Of a stretch of DNA of 64,000 nucleotides, positions 50,093 through 59,904 are shown piece after piece. This DNA is from an uncultured Verrucomicrobiae bacterium (GTDB lineage: Bacteria > Verrucomicrobiota > Verrucomicrobiia > Chthoniobacterales > JAFAMB01), in assembly GCA_963837955.1 (NCBI GenBank), contig CAWIPH010000002.1:1152001-1216000 (forward strand), read 5' to 3'. Made by a program: the position numbers and the translations under genes. The stretch's first letter is position 1. Every line of letters begins with the position of its first letter. Below the pieces are notes generated by a model. It was not told the DNA's origin. It was given only the letters and a program-made list of their open reading frames with translations, and searched no databases.

Positions 50093-51640
50093 ATGACAGA
50101 TCAATCGTTTTCGAATCCGCTGAGGGAGGGGCTGGTTTCGCGAGCCGCTCCCGAGCCTTGCACGATCGTTATTTTTGGGGCTACCGGCGACTTGACGCAT
50201 CGTAAGCTGGTTCCGGCCCTGTACAATTTAGCTGCCGACGGCGATCTGCCGCCGGGGCTAGCTGTAGTGGGTTTCGCTCGCCGGGATAAGACAGACGAGG
50301 TGTTTCGCCAAGAGCTAAGCGAAGCGGCTCACAAATATTCACGACAAAAGATCAACGAAGATCTCTGGAAAAACTTTGCCAATTCGATCTTCTATCATCG
50401 GAGCGAATTCGGCGATCCCGATGGCTATCGACGGCTGAAGGAACGCCTGGAACAGATCGATCAGGAGCGGGGAACGAGGGGCAACCGCATTTTTTATCTG
50501 TCCGCTGGTCCCGACCAATTCGAGCCTATTTTGACCCAACTGGAAGCCACGGGATTGAACAAAAGCCCTAACAGCGGCTGGGCTCGGGTCATCGTGGAAA
50601 AGCCATTCGGCATTGATTTGCAAAGTGCGCAGACTTTAAACACGGCGGTGCGGAACGGTTTCGCGGAGGCTGACACTTTCCGAATAGATCATTATCTGGG
50701 AAAAGAAACCGCGCAGAACATCATGGTGTTGCGCTTTGCTAACGCCATTTTTGAGCACCTCTGGAATCAGCGTTATATCGACCACATACAGATCACCGCG
50801 AGCGAGCAACTCGGTGTAGAGAATCGAGCCGGTTATTACGAAGGAGCTGGGGCGCTTCGGGATATGGTGCAGAATCATCTGCTTCAGCTGCTTTGTTTGA
50901 TTGCGATGGAGCCGCCAACGGACCTGAGCGCCGATGCGATCCGAGACGAAAAGGTTAAAGTGCTTCGTTCGCTGCGCCGGATTCGCGGGAAAGAGATAGC
51001 CCGGACTGTGGTTCGGGGTCAATACGCTGCAGGTTCGATCAACGGTCAATCGGTGCCCGGGTATCGCGACGAAAAGAATGTTCGCCCGGAATCACTCACC
51101 GAGACCTTTGTGGCACTTCGGATCTTGATCGATAATTGGCGCTGGGCCGACGTTCCTTTTTACGTACGGGTCGGAAAACGTCTACCCAAGGCTGGCACTG
51201 AGATCGGCATCCACTTTAAGAACGCGCCTGGAGTATTGTTCAATCGAGGTCAAACGGGGGTCCGGGACGGTTCGCAAAATGTGCTCGTCATCCGGATTCA
51301 ACCGGATGAGGGAGTGTCGTTGCGGATGCAATCGAAGGTCCCGGGTGCGAGTGTTCGGGTTCAGCCGGTCAAGATGGATTTTCATTACGGCACATCATTT
51401 GGGACCGCGAGCCCGGAGGCTTACGAACGGCTGTTGTTAGATGCTATGGCTGGGGATGCGACGCTCTTTGCCCGACGCGACGAGGTGGAAGAAGCGTGGC
51501 GATTCGTAGATGAGATCGAGGAACAATGGCACCGGGATGAGAAAGAGTCTCCCCTGTCGTTTTATTCGGCCGGAAGCTGGGGACCGGCCGAAGCCGAAGC
51601 GCTGATTGAGAACGATGGCCGAGCGTGGAGGAGGCTCTGA
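50093..51640 (+). CDS. zwf: Glucose-6-phosphate 1-dehydrogenase
   Basis: FGATGDL, EKPFG, RIDHYLGKE. Confidence 0.97.
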   Translation: MTDQSFSNPLREGLVSRAAPEPCTIVIFGATGDLTHRKLVPALYNLAADGDLPPGLAVVGFARRDKTDEVFRQELSEAAHKYSRQKINEDLWKNFANSIFYHRSEFGDPDGYRRLKERLEQIDQERGTRGNRIFYLSAGPDQFEPILTQLEATGLNKSPNSGWARVIVEKPFGIDLQSAQTLNTAVRNGFAEADTFRIDHYLGKETAQNIMVLRFANAIFEHLWNQRYIDHIQITASEQLGVENRAGYYEGAGALRDMVQNHLLQLLCLIAMEPPTDLSADAIRDEKVKVLRSLRRIRGKEIARTVVRGQYAAGSINGQSVPGYRDEKNVRPESLTETFVALRILIDNWRWADVPFYVRVGKRLPKAGTEIGIHFKNAPGVLFNRGQTGVRDGSQNVLVIRIQPDEGVSLRMQSKVPGASVRVQPVKMDFHYGTSFGTASPEAYERLLLDAMAGDATLFARRDEVEEAWRFVDEIEEQWHRDEKESPLSFYSAGSWGPAEAEALIENDGRAWRRL

Positions 51641-51710
51641 AAGAAATAGCCGATAGTCGATAGCCAATAGCCGATAACTGGTGACGTCTTGGATCGGTAA
51701 GCGGTTCAGA

Positions 51711-51860
51711 GCGCCGAAGGCGTGATTCAGGATAGCCTGGGGTGAAGCCCTAGGAATGAGCGGTCCAGAGCGCCAAAGGCGTGATTCAGGATAGCCTCTA
51801 GGGTGAAGCCCTAGGAATAAGGCCACAAGAAAACATTCAGCGCTGAAAGCGCGTGACAAT
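51711..51860 (+). repeat. REP family C, two tandem units
   Basis: GCGCCGAAGGCGTG..GATAGCCT..GAAGCCCTAGGAA..CAGCGCTGAAAGCGCGTGACAA matches the TnpA cassette end at 62547-62630. Confidence 0.8.
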
Positions 51861-51870
51861 AACCAGACGG

Positions 51871-52932
51871 ATGAGTGCGAACGTCGAACCTATAACCTCC
51901 AACCTCTCCCGCGGAATGCCGATTGAGGTAGCTAAGATCAATCGGAGTCTGACCCAACTTTGGGAGCAGGAAAGCGAAGAGCTGTCGAAGGCTTCGCTGG
52001 TGAACTTTGCGGTTTACAGCGAGGCTTCGGATGCGCTGAGTTTCAATACGCAGTTGATGGCGGAGGTGACGCGCCAACACGCGTGTCGCGTTATCTTGTT
52101 AGCGGCCAATCCGTCAGCGCAAAAGCAGCGCGTCCAAGCTTGGATCAGCGCGCATTGCCACGTCACGGGCGCTGGCACTCGTCAAGTCTGCAGCGAACAG
52201 ATCGCGTTTCTGATCGAGGGCGGTGGTCCAGAGGTGATGCGAAGCATTCTCTTTAGCCACTTGGATTCGGATCTTCCGTTGTATCTGTGGTGGCAAGGGC
52301 AGTTTAGCGGAGGACTCGATGAGCAGCTTTGGAGTTGGGTCGACCGCTTCTTTTTCGACAGTCACTCCTGGCGCGAGCCGGCCCGGCAAATGCGGATTTT
52401 GCACGACTCGGTCGGCGGCGCACGGTCACGCTGCGTGCTTTGTGATCTCAACTGGCGGCGGCTTATTTACTTGCGCCTGGCCGTCGCTCAAACCTTTGAT
52501 CATCCATGGGCTGCGGCGAAAATGGGATCGATCACCGAGGTCGAAATCGTTCATGATCCGGAATACTGGACCACGGCGATTCTTTTAGTTAGCTGGGTAG
52601 CGAACCAGCTCGGCTGGCAGTTGGATCGGAAAGAGGATTTTACTTACAGCTTTTCTGTTCCGAAGAGTGGACAGGTTGTCCGAGTGAATCTCAGGGCTGT
52701 ACCAGGTCATTGGGTCAGCCGGATCCGGTTCTCTTTTGGCGAGAGTTTTTTTGATGTGTCGTGGAATGGCAATTTTTTGGAAAACACATTGTCCAAACAT
52801 CCCGAAATGAAACAGCTCTTGCCGGCCGGAGGCACGTCGCTCGCCGGACTCCTGAAAGAAGAGTTGGTCCGGGGCGGCGAACATCTCACCTATCTGCGTG
52901 CGTTGAATCTGGCGGAGAAGCTGTGGGAGTAG
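51871..52932 (+). CDS. opcA: G6PDH assembly protein OpcA
   Basis: Follows zwf; CSEQI, DLPLYLWW, DLNWRRL. Confidence 0.9.
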   Translation: MSANVEPITSNLSRGMPIEVAKINRSLTQLWEQESEELSKASLVNFAVYSEASDALSFNTQLMAEVTRQHACRVILLAANPSAQKQRVQAWISAHCHVTGAGTRQVCSEQIAFLIEGGGPEVMRSILFSHLDSDLPLYLWWQGQFSGGLDEQLWSWVDRFFFDSHSWREPARQMRILHDSVGGARSRCVLCDLNWRRLIYLRLAVAQTFDHPWAAAKMGSITEVEIVHDPEYWTTAILLVSWVANQLGWQLDRKEDFTYSFSVPKSGQVVRVNLRAVPGHWVSRIRFSFGESFFDVSWNGNFLENTLSKHPEMKQLLPAGGTSLAGLLKEELVRGGEHLTYLRALNLAEKLWE

Positions 52933-53163
52933 TTGGGGGCGTGTCGATAGCCGATAGCCGATAGCAAATTGCAAGTTGCAAATTGCATGCTCGTCGTCCT
53001 TGGGACGAATACGCGCGCGGGTTTATTTCCGGGAATAGGCCATGATAAAGCGACACACCCGCTCCTTGGCTCCGATACCTCGATTCGCGCTCGATCATTC
53101 CCGGGCGTCGCAAGCGACGCCCCTCCGACTCATGGGCATTCCGCAACCGGCGGTAGTGGCTTA

Positions 53164-53291
53164 GCTATCTGCTATCTGCTATCTGCTATCTGCTATCTGC
53201 TATCTGCTATCTGCTATCTGCCATCTGCCATCTGCTTGGGCTGTTCCCGTTTGACCGTTCTCGGCTATTGGCTATTGGCTATTGGCTATCG
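53164..53291. repeat. Heptamer arrays (GCTATCT)n and (GGCTATT)n
   Basis: ~10 and 4 units. Confidence 0.9.
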
Positions 53292-53308
53292 CTTCCTCCC
53301 CCTAAGAA

Positions 53309-54559
53309 ATGAAAACTGTTACCGCACTTAAAACCGCCGACTCCAATCTCCGAGGACTTGTTGATGCTGCTCTAGAGCAAAGCGGGGGGCTGTTGCGGCT
53401 GGCACCGTGCTGGGTTCCAAGATCGTTCCTACAGCCCGGGCGTCGTCTGAAGCTTCATCCCGATGATGTTTACGCCTACGGTCTCGACCGTGGCGGCATC
53501 GACGAGCGGTGGTTTGCCTCTACCACACCCGCTGCAAACGACAATCGGACTCCGGACGAAGGTTTGAGTTACTGCGTGTTTGGAAATAATCGTTTCACTT
53601 TGGCAGCGGCCATCCAGGAATGTGGCGAGCAACTCATCGGAGAAGCTATCTGGGCGAAATATCATCGCTGGCCGGTATACTCCAAATTCTTTGACAACAT
53701 GGGGCCGATTCCTCATCACATGCACCAATCGGCGGCGCATGCCAAGCTGGTCGGACAGGAGGGAAAGCCGGAGAGTTATTATTTTCCGCCACAGCACAAT
53801 ACAGTCGGAAACAATTTCCCGTACACGTTTATGGGGTTAGAGCCGGGTACTACCAAAGAACAGGTGAAAGACTGCCTGGCGAATTGGAATCGCGGAGACA
53901 ACGGTATTCTCGATCTCTCAAAAGCGTATCGGCTCAAACCAGGCTCTGGCTGGTTGATTGGTCCCGGTCTGCTGCATGCTCCCGGCTCGTTGGTGACCTA
54001 CGAACCGCAATGGGGTTCCGACGTGTTTTCGATGTTCCAGTCGTTGGTCGAAGGACGCGAGGTTCCGCGTTCGCTTTTGGTGAAGGATATTCCGGTCGAC
54101 AAACATTTCGATCTCGATTTCATCATCAGCGAGCTTGACTGGGAAGCGAACGTCGATCCGAACTTTAAGGATAATCATTACCTGGAGCCGGTACCGGTCG
54201 CCGATACCGGTTCTGAAGGATATGTCGATCGCTGGATAGTTTATGGAGAGATCGGCGGGGAGCAGCTCTTTACCGCTAAGGAACTCACAATTGAGCCGGG
54301 CGTGAAACGTACGATCAAGGACAACGGCGCTTACGGTCTGGTCGTGGTGCAAGGTCGCGGGACGATGAACCGGCTGACGCTGGATTGTCCCAAGCTGATC
54401 CGGTTCGTTGAGATGACAGAGGACGAAGTGTTTTGCACGGAGTCAGCCGCGCGTGCCGGTGTAACATTTGAAAACACCAGCGCGGTCGAGGATTTGGTTG
54501 TGTTGCGCTATTTCGGACCCGAAGCGAATCCGAATGCTCCCAAGATCGGTGATCGGTGA
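53309..54559 (+). CDS. Cupin-fold protein, mannose-6-phosphate-isomerase-like
   Basis: PHHMH, GKPESYYF, LHAPGS..YEPQ. Confidence 0.75.
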   Translation: MKTVTALKTADSNLRGLVDAALEQSGGLLRLAPCWVPRSFLQPGRRLKLHPDDVYAYGLDRGGIDERWFASTTPAANDNRTPDEGLSYCVFGNNRFTLAAAIQECGEQLIGEAIWAKYHRWPVYSKFFDNMGPIPHHMHQSAAHAKLVGQEGKPESYYFPPQHNTVGNNFPYTFMGLEPGTTKEQVKDCLANWNRGDNGILDLSKAYRLKPGSGWLIGPGLLHAPGSLVTYEPQWGSDVFSMFQSLVEGREVPRSLLVKDIPVDKHFDLDFIISELDWEANVDPNFKDNHYLEPVPVADTGSEGYVDRWIVYGEIGGEQLFTAKELTIEPGVKRTIKDNGAYGLVVVQGRGTMNRLTLDCPKLIRFVEMTEDEVFCTESAARAGVTFENTSAVEDLVVLRYFGPEANPNAPKIGDR

Positions 54560-54617
54560 TCGGTGATCGGTGATCAGGGATCAGTGATTCGCGATTGGTG
54601 ATCGGTGATCGGGCCAG

Positions 54618-55078
54618 GGGTCGGTACGCCGAAGGCGTTATAGGACTCAGCCCGGGGTGGAGGCTTTGCGCAACCCCGGGTAACCCAAAAAAATGCGTCC
54701 GCTCTGAAAGAGCGTAAGACCGTCTGGCAAAACGGCGCTCATCACCGGCTCCTGACCACCGACTAACATCCCATCGGCGACAATCGGTGGCGGCATTTGC
54801 AGATTGTTGCTGCCGTCACCCGGCACCTCAACAGTCAGGAGTGACGAGGCGTTCTGTCACCCGGTATTTCCAGCTTGTTTGTTGGTCACGTCGTTCATTA
54901 ATCCGATAATATTCGACGCCGTGGTCAAGCTCCGGGATTTCGCGTTCGGTGATGACGGCCGTTGGGTAGAGATTTCTTGCGCTCTTTCGGAGCGGACCCG
55001 CATTTTTGGGGTTACCCCGGGGTTGCGCAAAGCCTCCACCCCGGGCTGAGTCCTTTAACGCCTTCGGCGTACCGACCC
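54618..55078. mobile_element. MITE/REPIN-like element with ~100-bp inverted arms
   Basis: GGGTCGGTACGCCGAAGGCGTTA.AGGACTCAGCCCGGGGTGGAGGCTTTGCGCAACC mirrored at the right end. Confidence 0.7.
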
Positions 55079-55183
55079 GTGACGCGATGATCGATGACCA
55101 ATCATCGTGCGTGACCGTCGGGGGACCGAGTTTCCTAGGGCTTCGCCCTTGCTGTTCATCTGAATGCAGGTTGGAGGCTATCT

Positions 55184-55981
55184 TTAGATTTTCTGGAAAC
55201 CGGAATCGGTCAGCCGAAATTTTTTGAAATCGATTCCGAGTTTCCGCGTATTTTGGTAGGCAAAGCTTCGGATGCCTTCGACACCACCACCACCGGGTAC
55301 ATCGACTGAATTCGGATTTTTTAATGCGTCCCTGTAACAGACTGCCAACAGCTTGAAGTATTCGGAATAATACTGTTTGGTCGCGTCGGGGACTGTCTTG
55401 GACCCAAATTTGCTCAGCAAGAGTTCATTTATCTTCTGACGGATTTGTCGAATGCCCGCGGGATGAGCCGAAGCACTCTGATTGTTGACAATTTCCCACA
55501 TGACAATCAGGAAGCCGGCGTACGAATCGGATGAATCGCGGCTGGAAAAACCGTACCTGGAGAATCGTTCATCGAAACGCTTCTCGGTGCCGCTATCGGC
55601 GAGTTCCTTCTGGGCGAACACCTTGAGCTTCGGGTATTTCGCGGGGATTGATGAAATAAAATTGAGGTGCACCTTGTTTGTGACGGCTGCGGAGGAGCGA
55701 TAGTTGAAAAAGCTGCTCAGAGTTTGGTTGGAGTGCTCTGGGACACCGCTACCCGTATGGGTCTTGCCTCCCTTTCGGCTCTTTTCTTCCTTCACTCCCT
55801 TTTGGCCCTGAGGTGGGTTTTCGCTAACCGTGGCGGGGCCTTCTGAGCTCAGGTGCGCCGCTATGTTATCAACGTAGAATTGGTTAAGCGCATCATCGGT
55901 TGAGTCGGCCAGAGCGCTGCCGAGTGACATGGAGGCCATGAAGGCCACCAAAGAAAGAGACGAGTAACGGGTGTTTATCAT
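55184..55981 (-). CDS. Secreted helical protein, DUF6683-like
   Basis: Signal peptide; ends LGIDFKKFRLTDSGF. Confidence 0.65.
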   Translation of the reverse strand: MINTRYSSLSLVAFMASMSLGSALADSTDDALNQFYVDNIAAHLSSEGPATVSENPPQGQKGVKEEKSRKGGKTHTGSGVPEHSNQTLSSFFNYRSSAAVTNKVHLNFISSIPAKYPKLKVFAQKELADSGTEKRFDERFSRYGFSSRDSSDSYAGFLIVMWEIVNNQSASAHPAGIRQIRQKINELLLSKFGSKTVPDATKQYYSEYFKLLAVCYRDALKNPNSVDVPGGGGVEGIRSFAYQNTRKLGIDFKKFRLTDSGFQKI

Positions 55982-56227
55982 CCGGATAGGTGGTTTTGCG
56001 GGCTGATAATCCAATTTGTCGTGGGGTTGTGGAAGCCTAAAAGGAAGGGGAGTTGAACGGTGATGGGCGCGAAATGCAGACAAGAGGCCATTAATGTACC
56101 GGAAAGATGGAATCGTGATCCTGTGGTGAGACCGATGATTGGTAGGGCGAAACGGACTCCGCAGGGGGAGGGCGCATGTCCTCGTGCGCCGCGGATCGCG
56201 AGGAGGCGATCCCTCCCCGACTTCGCC

Positions 56228-57343
56228 CTACCGACTCTCGGTGTTTCCGCCCGTTTTGCGGTTTTCGGAATGAATTTCTTCGAGCACCTTCAGCGTTTCC
56301 GCGACATTTCGATCGACCGTATACTGTTGAGCGCGCGCCACGCAGGCGGTCCGAATATCTTCTCGTTGGCTGAGCGAGGTCCAGTGCTGGATCGCGTTAG
56401 CCAGCGCCGACACGTCGTCCGGACGGTCTAGGATTTCTCCATGCACACCCGACTCGATAATCTCCGAAAAACCGTTGCTGGTTGTCGTAACGACCGGCAC
56501 CCCGACCGACAGCGCTTCCAGACATGCGTTAGAGAAGGGATCATAGATCGTCGGCAGGACGAAGAGATCGGCAGCAACATATAAAGAATGCATATCTTCT
56601 ACCGCTCCAAGGAAGCGAACGTTGCTCGGCGTGAAAGCCGGTTTTTTTCCTTCTCCGGCCACGAGAAATTTGATGCGTCGATTCTTCAGGCTTCGCACCG
56701 CTTCGATAGCGAAACGCAGGCCTTTACGTTCCCAACCCGAGCCAGCGAAAAGAATGCCGATATCCAGCTCACTTAATCCCGCATCGTACCGAAGGTCCCA
56801 ACGAGTTCCAGGCTTCTTTTTGAAATGCACGTCGGCAATACCGTTGTAGATGACCGAGATCTGATCCTCCGGATATCCAAACTCAGTGACAATTTCATTT
56901 TTGACGAGCTTGGAATTGGTAATGACTCGGCGAGCTGCGCGCTGACCCAGCAAACTCTGTTCAAGCTCCAGAATCTTGTTGTGTTTCCCATTCGACAAAC
57001 GGAGCGATTTCTTCCAGCTCGGTTGGAACGCTTGTCGTCTTTCCAACCAAACGCGATGCACGCCGTCACCCGCCCGATAACAGTCGCATGACTCGATTCT
57101 TTCCAGGCTGAATAGAATTTCCACACTGTGGCGAACTGCTTGTACCGCTTTGCTGAAGGCCAGCGGATCGGACCCTTTCAATCGGACCAGTTTGCCATAG
57201 GGCAGCTCGGCGCCGGGCCAATCCTCGGTAGCGAAAAGCGTCAACTGGTGGCCGGCATCTGCCAAGCCGCGTCCTAAACGTTTTAAATAGCTTTCGGCAC
57301 CGCCTGCGCGCGAGAAACCGCGTCGTACTAAGCCAATCTTCAT
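56228..57343 (-). CDS. GT4 glycosyltransferase, WaaG-like
   Basis: GGAE, YRAGDGVH, GSGWERKG, YDPFSNACLEA. Confidence 0.9.
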   Translation of the reverse strand: MKIGLVRRGFSRAGGAESYLKRLGRGLADAGHQLTLFATEDWPGAELPYGKLVRLKGSDPLAFSKAVQAVRHSVEILFSLERIESCDCYRAGDGVHRVWLERRQAFQPSWKKSLRLSNGKHNKILELEQSLLGQRAARRVITNSKLVKNEIVTEFGYPEDQISVIYNGIADVHFKKKPGTRWDLRYDAGLSELDIGILFAGSGWERKGLRFAIEAVRSLKNRRIKFLVAGEGKKPAFTPSNVRFLGAVEDMHSLYVAADLFVLPTIYDPFSNACLEALSVGVPVVTTTSNGFSEIIESGVHGEILDRPDDVSALANAIQHWTSLSQREDIRTACVARAQQYTVDRNVAETLKVLEEIHSENRKTGGNTESR

Positions 57344-57645
57344 GAACTTGCTATACGCACCGAGTTTTAGCTCACTGGTCTTAGGAGTTCAAGGAGTTCC
57401 AGGAAAGAGGAGAAGGAACTCTGGAGTTCGGAAGTTCAGGAAACAGGAATACGGAAAGCGGAAACGATTCCTCCGCGCCGGTCTTCTGGAATGTCAGACC
57501 GTGAACATCACAAGATCTGACGTGGTCCGAAGGCTCCATGGCGGAGCGACCAGCGCCAAACTGTGTCAGATAGGCAAGTCGCGCAGCGTATTCCATTCTG
57601 GTATTCCGGTTCCGTATTCTCTATTCCGTGCTCTTGTACTGCTTT

Positions 57646-58827
57646 ATGCCGAACCAAGAGATGCCAACGCGGGTGTTGTATGCTACTTCCGCCCGCATTG
57701 GTGGGTTTGGTCTTGATGCCGTGGCGTTGGAGACATTACGCGGAATCCAGGACCAGCTCGGCCTGGCGATCTCTTTCGGAGTCAAAACGACGGAATTTGA
57801 TCGGAACCGAATGAAGACACTCCGGTTTCATTCGGTCCGGCTGCTATCGAATCTAGAGAGAAAATATTACTATGCCGCGAAAAAGAGAGCGGTTGACGCG
57901 GTCGCTGCCCGACAGCTGAAGACCGGCCGATTCGATCTTTTTCATGGCTGGTCTGGCGAAGCACTGAACTCGCTGCGCGTCGCCAAGGCGCTCGGCATTC
58001 CTTCCGTATTGGAGGTGCCGACCTGGCACCGGCAGAAAGGAAAAGTTCTACCCCTGAAAACGGCTCAAGAATTAGCAATGGAGTCGGCGCCGATACCGCA
58101 ACGTTGGCTTAACCGGCTATTGGTCAGCCGGCAAGAAAGCTTGGAAGAATATGCAAACGCTGATCTATTATTAGTTCTTTCTGAGAAAGCAGCGGAGACT
58201 TTCCGCATCTTGGGTACTCCTGACCAAAAGCTCTTTCGTATGTCCCGCGGTGTCGACGTCGAACGCTTCCGGCCCGGTGAACCGCCCTCTGTTTTTCGCG
58301 CCTTATTTGTCGGAGCGCTGATTAGGCGCAAAGGAATCCCCCTTTTGTTGGAAGCTTGGAAGCGTCTCGATCTGAAAGACGCGGAACTTTGGCTAGCCGG
58401 CCATCCGCACGTCGAGATCAAGCCCGTCCTGGAAAATCTTCCAAGAAACGTGAAGCTGCTTGGTTTCGTGAAAGACATTGCAGAGGTATATCGGGCCTGT
58501 TCGGTGCACATCTTTCCGTCGGAACTGGAAGGGAGCGCGAAATCAATCTATGAGGCCGCAGCTTGCGGGTTGGCTCAAATTACGACTCGTGAATCAGGAG
58601 ACGTTGTTATCGACGGCGAGGACGGGCTGATCATTCCGCCAAACGATGTTTCAGCGCTCTGCCAAGCTATTCTTACGCTTTACCGAAATGCTGAACTGGT
58701 TCGGAAATTTGGGGCAAACGGCCGACAGCGAGTAGTGGAGTCTTTCACCTGGGAGCATTTTCGGCTTCGCCTGCGGGAAGCTTACCGCATGGCCATGCAT
58801 TGCCATTTGCCGCGCCTGGTACAATGA
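57646..58827 (+). CDS. GT4 glycosyltransferase
   Basis: RRKG; FPSELEGSAKSIYEA. Confidence 0.88.
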   Translation: MPNQEMPTRVLYATSARIGGFGLDAVALETLRGIQDQLGLAISFGVKTTEFDRNRMKTLRFHSVRLLSNLERKYYYAAKKRAVDAVAARQLKTGRFDLFHGWSGEALNSLRVAKALGIPSVLEVPTWHRQKGKVLPLKTAQELAMESAPIPQRWLNRLLVSRQESLEEYANADLLLVLSEKAAETFRILGTPDQKLFRMSRGVDVERFRPGEPPSVFRALFVGALIRRKGIPLLLEAWKRLDLKDAELWLAGHPHVEIKPVLENLPRNVKLLGFVKDIAEVYRACSVHIFPSELEGSAKSIYEAAACGLAQITTRESGDVVIDGEDGLIIPPNDVSALCQAILTLYRNAELVRKFGANGRQRVVESFTWEHFRLRLREAYRMAMHCHLPRLVQ

Positions 58828-59873
58828 AGTCCATCCTCGCGGTTCAACTCAAGCGGCTTGGTGATTTGATTTTGACCACTCCGGCATTAATTGCGCTTCG
58901 CCAAACAATGCCCGATGCAAGAATCACACTCCTGATCGATGACTATTCCAAAGAGCTCGCGCCGGCGCTCTCCATGGTGGACGAGATCTGGACCTACGAT
59001 CGCAGGCGTTCGTTACCGACCTGGCTTAGGCTGCTGGTTCGGGAATACGATTTTTGTCTCGATTTCACTGGGAACGATCGATCCTCCCTCGTCGCTTTTT
59101 TTTCGAAAGCCGCGGAGCGAGTGAGTTTCAGCTTTGTGGCACGTCGCCGGCATCGTGCCTGGATCTATACTGACCTTGTCTCATCCTCTGTGCGCGATCT
59201 TCACACCGTTGATCATTACCTGGATTTGAGCCGATTTGTCGGTTTTTCCGGTCCGGCTCCTTCGCCAGCACTCGATCTGCCTGACGATGTCGCCAGAGCC
59301 GTGCCGGAGATCTTGCGTGAAATCGGTCTGAAGACGCCCTATTTCGTCGTACACCCCGGTACCGCCAGGAGTGAAAAATATTGGGCGGCAGAGCGCTGGG
59401 CGGAAGTGATCCGCTACGTTTGCGATCGAAAGCATCTTGCCTGTTTGTTCACAGGTGGTAGCGATCGGGCTGAGATTGAACATATCCGGGCGATTCGGAA
59501 CAAAGTGGGAGAAGGCTATCCAATCTTCAATCTGGCCGGCCAGATACCGTTTTTGGTGGCCGCAGCGGTGATCCGCCAATCGCGTCTCTTCCTCGGCGTG
59601 GATACCGCCGCCGCTCATGTGGCGTCCGTATTCGGTCGACCCGAACTGGTATTATTTGGGCCGACCAATCCCTTCCATTGGCACCCGCGTCAGCCGCTTG
59701 GATGTGTTCTTCGCAGCGGGAGCGACGCTCTGTATTGCCCGGTCGATCCTCGAGAAGCGGGCCGGCCCATGAGCGATTTGTCGACCCAAACCGTAATCAA
59801 TGCTATGGAAGGCCTCTTAAGTCGTATGGGAGAAGCGTCGAAGGGCTCGGTTTCGGGTGCTACGATCGGCTAG
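58824..59873 (+). CDS. GT9 LPS heptosyltransferase
   Basis: RLGDLILTTP, HPG, GVDTAAAH, LFGPT. Confidence 0.9.
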   Translation: MKSILAVQLKRLGDLILTTPALIALRQTMPDARITLLIDDYSKELAPALSMVDEIWTYDRRRSLPTWLRLLVREYDFCLDFTGNDRSSLVAFFSKAAERVSFSFVARRRHRAWIYTDLVSSSVRDLHTVDHYLDLSRFVGFSGPAPSPALDLPDDVARAVPEILREIGLKTPYFVVHPGTARSEKYWAAERWAEVIRYVCDRKHLACLFTGGSDRAEIEHIRAIRNKVGEGYPIFNLAGQIPFLVAAAVIRQSRLFLGVDTAAAHVASVFGRPELVLFGPTNPFHWHPRQPLGCVLRSGSDALYCPVDPREAGRPMSDLSTQTVINAMEGLLSRMGEASKGSVSGATIG

Positions 59874-59904
59874 ATGACATTTATCCCTACGCTGCACAGG
59901 TTCC

